Of a DNA stretch of 64,000 nt, positions 62,193 to 64,000 are shown in pieces (the stretch's first letter is position 1; each line of letters opens with the position of its first letter). The notes beneath the pieces are model-generated. The model was not told the origin of the DNA. It worked only from the letters and a program-made list of their open reading frames with translations, and made no database searches. Made by a program: the position numbers and the translations under genes. The DNA lies in contig JADZFR010000022.1 in assembly GCA_020849795.1 (NCBI GenBank), forward strand, positions 62,879 to 126,878, given 5' to 3'. Origin of the DNA: Planctomycetota bacterium (GTDB lineage Bacteria; Planctomycetota; UBA8742; UBA2392).

Positions 62193-62288
62193 GGCCCCTT
62201 GAGTATATCTAATTTCGCAATGCGTGAAGGGGCGGCGGGTTGCAGCGTTTCGTTGGCCCTCTAGGCTGTTCGCGGAAGGCAGGCGCAG

Positions 62289-64000
62289 TTGGCGGAAGCT
62301 TATCACGACGACGACGAGTTCCTTGGCAAGGCGTATGACGCCCGGCTGATCAAGCGGCTGGCCCCGTATGCCAAGCCGTACATCGGTTTGGTGGTCTGGG
62401 GAACGTTCTTCATGCTGTTCGCTGCCGCATGCGAACTGATGTTGCCGCTAGTAGTTCGGGAAACGGTCAACGGCCCTTTCATGGTGATGGGGGATTCCGA
62501 CGCGGCGGGCGCCGCCAAGGACGAGGCATGGCGCACTTTGGGCCTGTACTCGTTCGGGTTTCTGGGGCTGGTGGCATTGCAGTTTGTCACTCGATACTAC
62601 AACACCTACCTGTTCGCCAAGCTGGGCCAGAAGACCGTGCTGGATGTGCGACAGCATTGCTATGCGCACATCCAGAAGCTGCCACTGCGTTTCTTTGATC
62701 GCAATCCCGTGGGCCGGCTGGTCACCCGCGTCACCAGCGACGTTGAGGCAATCGGCGAAGTGTTCGCCAGCGGGCTGGTGCAACTCGTTGGCGATGCCCT
62801 GATCGTGATCGGCGCCCTGGCGCTGATGATGTGGCTGGACTGGCGCATGGGCCTGATTGTGGTGGGCGCGATCCCGGTCATGGCCGGCATCACCTGGGTG
62901 TTCCGCGGCCGCGCGCGCAGCAGCTTTCGCGACATGCGCGTGAAGCTTGCCGTGGTGAACAGCTTTCTCAACGAAACCATCCAGGGCTGGCGGGTGACGC
63001 GCATTTTCGGCACCGAGAAAACGATGGCCCGCAAGTTCGACCAGCGCAGCGCCGACTTTCGCGAAGCCAGCTACCGCACGGTGTTCAACTTCAGCATCTT
63101 CTTTCCGGTCGTTGAGCTTGCAGGCACAGCCACGGTCATGCTGGTGGTCTGGTTCGGCACTACGGCGATCTTTGGCGGAACGCTGAACTACGGCACTTTC
63201 TTTGCGTTCTTTCTGTACACGCCAATGATGTTTCGGCCGATACGCGAAATGAGCGAAAAGTACAACGTGCTGCAGAGCGCCATGGCCAGCGCCGAGCGGC
63301 TGTTCCGGATCATCGACACCAAGGATGAGGTGCAGAATCCCGCACAGCCGAAAACGCCGGACATTCGTGGCGAGATTGAGTTCAGAGACGTCTGGTTCGC
63401 TTACGGCGATAAGGCGGCCGAGTCACAGGACTGGGTACTCAAGGGCGTGAGCTTCAAGGTGCCTGCCGGCGGCTCGCTGGCGCTGGTCGGTGCCACCGGC
63501 AGCGGAAAAACCACCATCATCAGCCTGTTGATGCGCTTCTACGACATCCAGAAAGGCGCCATCCTGATTGATGGCGTGGATGTACGCGAGATGACCAAAG
63601 AGCACCTGCGGGCCGCGTTCAGCATGGTACTGCAGGACGTGTTCCTGTTCGCGGGCACAGTGCTGGAGAACATTCGGCTGGGGGACGCCTCGATCAGCCC
63701 CGAGCAGGTAAAGCAGGCGGCGGAGGTGGTTCATGCTGCCGGGTTTATTGAAAGCCTGAACGGCGGGTATGGCGCGATGGTGGCGGAGCGCGGCGCGACA
63801 TTCAGCGCGGGCCAGCGGCAATTGATCGCATTTGCGCGGGCACTTGCCTTCAATCCGAAGATCCTGGTGCTGGACGAAGCCACAAGCAACATCGACAGCG
63901 AGACCGAAGCACTGATCCAGGATGCGCTAAAGAAGTTGATGCAGGGCCGAACGGCTGTGGTCGTCGCGCATCGCCTGAGCACCATTACCGACAGCGACAA
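62289..64000 (+). CDS. ABC exporter, fused permease + ATPase (MsbA/ABCB-like), 3' end outside the window
   Basis: My own translation; the ORF is absent from the track because there is no stop in the window. Six-TM domain, then Walker A GATGSGKTT, signature FSAGQRQ and Walker B ILVLDEATS. The frame opens after TAG 62262-62264. TTG 62289 with GGAAGG upstream is the only plausible start. Confidence 0.88.
   Translation, partial: MAEAYHDDDEFLGKAYDARLIKRLAPYAKPYIGLVVWGTFFMLFAAACELMLPLVVRETVNGPFMVMGDSDAAGAAKDEAWRTLGLYSFGFLGLVALQFVTRYYNTYLFAKLGQKTVLDVRQHCYAHIQKLPLRFFDRNPVGRLVTRVTSDVEAIGEVFASGLVQLVGDALIVIGALALMMWLDWRMGLIVVGAIPVMAGITWVFRGRARSSFRDMRVKLAVVNSFLNETIQGWRVTRIFGTEKTMARKFDQRSADFREASYRTVFNFSIFFPVVELAGTATVMLVVWFGTTAIFGGTLNYGTFFAFFLYTPMMFRPIREMSEKYNVLQSAMASAERLFRIIDTKDEVQNPAQPKTPDIRGEIEFRDVWFAYGDKAAESQDWVLKGVSFKVPAGGSLALVGATGSGKTTIISLLMRFYDIQKGAILIDGVDVREMTKEHLRAAFSMVLQDVFLFAGTVLENIRLGDASISPEQVKQAAEVVHAAGFIESLNGGYGAMVAERGATFSAGQRQLIAFARALAFNPKILVLDEATSNIDSETEALIQDALKKLMQGRTAVVVAHRLSTITDSD

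Noticed and set aside
62193-62288. Looked for sigma54 or clear sigma70 promoter elements in the divergent region between the ESCRT-like cluster and the ABC exporter.
   Set aside because: There are only weak hexamers (TTGCAG...TAGGCT on plus; TATACT close to the SD on minus). Nothing is convincing without TSS data.
1-64000. Scanned for rRNA, tRNA, CRISPR arrays, long tandem repeats, integrases and prophage blocks.
   Set aside because: None were seen. The intergenic regions are short (mostly under 150 bp) and contain only the hairpins and motifs listed. The RAYT-like and RusA-like genes are isolated, without mobile-element boundaries.

Overview
This is a GC-rich chromosomal segment from a diderm bacterium. 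I cannot assign a phylum from sequence alone. The gene content (two GroEL copies, many TPR, secreted-repeat and lipoprotein genes, scattered pilus-platform genes) would fit a PVC/Planctomycetota-like organism, but that is a guess. About 60 protein genes are supported. I saw no rRNA, tRNA or CRISPR. Many of the long ORFs in the six-frame track are antisense shadow ORFs or spurious N-terminal extensions, which is typical of GC-rich DNA. I trimmed several starts to internal ATG/GTG codons that have Shine-Dalgarno (SD) sequences or signal peptides.

Recognisable content:
- Nudix hydrolase.
- A translationally coupled operon of a TPR/transglutaminase lipoprotein, a degenerate KorA-like protein and a RAYT-like protein.
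- A giant CarboxypepD_reg-repeat protein and an NPCBM protein.
- groEL-groES-groEL behind a textbook sigma54 promoter.
- dnaJ-grpE-fmdB plus a YacG-like zinc-finger ORF that has no canonical start and is absent from the ORF track.
- Housekeeping and other genes: truD, a PHP phosphoesterase, a CDF transporter, a RusA-like nuclease, an FGE-sulfatase-domain protein, an orphan pilC/gspF, ptsN, a PNP, an FHA-GAF sigma54 activator, hflX, a PilM/PilN-like fusion, an RND adaptor, pcp, hemD, sppA, a stand-alone B12-binding domain, lipA, an eRF1/Pelota-like (baeRF) protein with GGW in place of GGQ, a PMM/PGM, an N-acetylornithine carbamoyltransferase, a tandem Usp, a PEGA lipoprotein, murD, and a partial ABC exporter.

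Main finding: a six-gene minus-strand cluster at 57121..62192. It encodes three ESCRT-III (Snf7/CHMP/PspA-superfamily) paralogues, a Vps4/CdvC-type MIT+AAA ATPase, a Kdo/WaaP-family kinase and an unknown leader protein. This is a candidate bacterial ESCRT-III/Vps4-like membrane-remodelling system.

All assignments come from reading motifs by eye. No database search was run.
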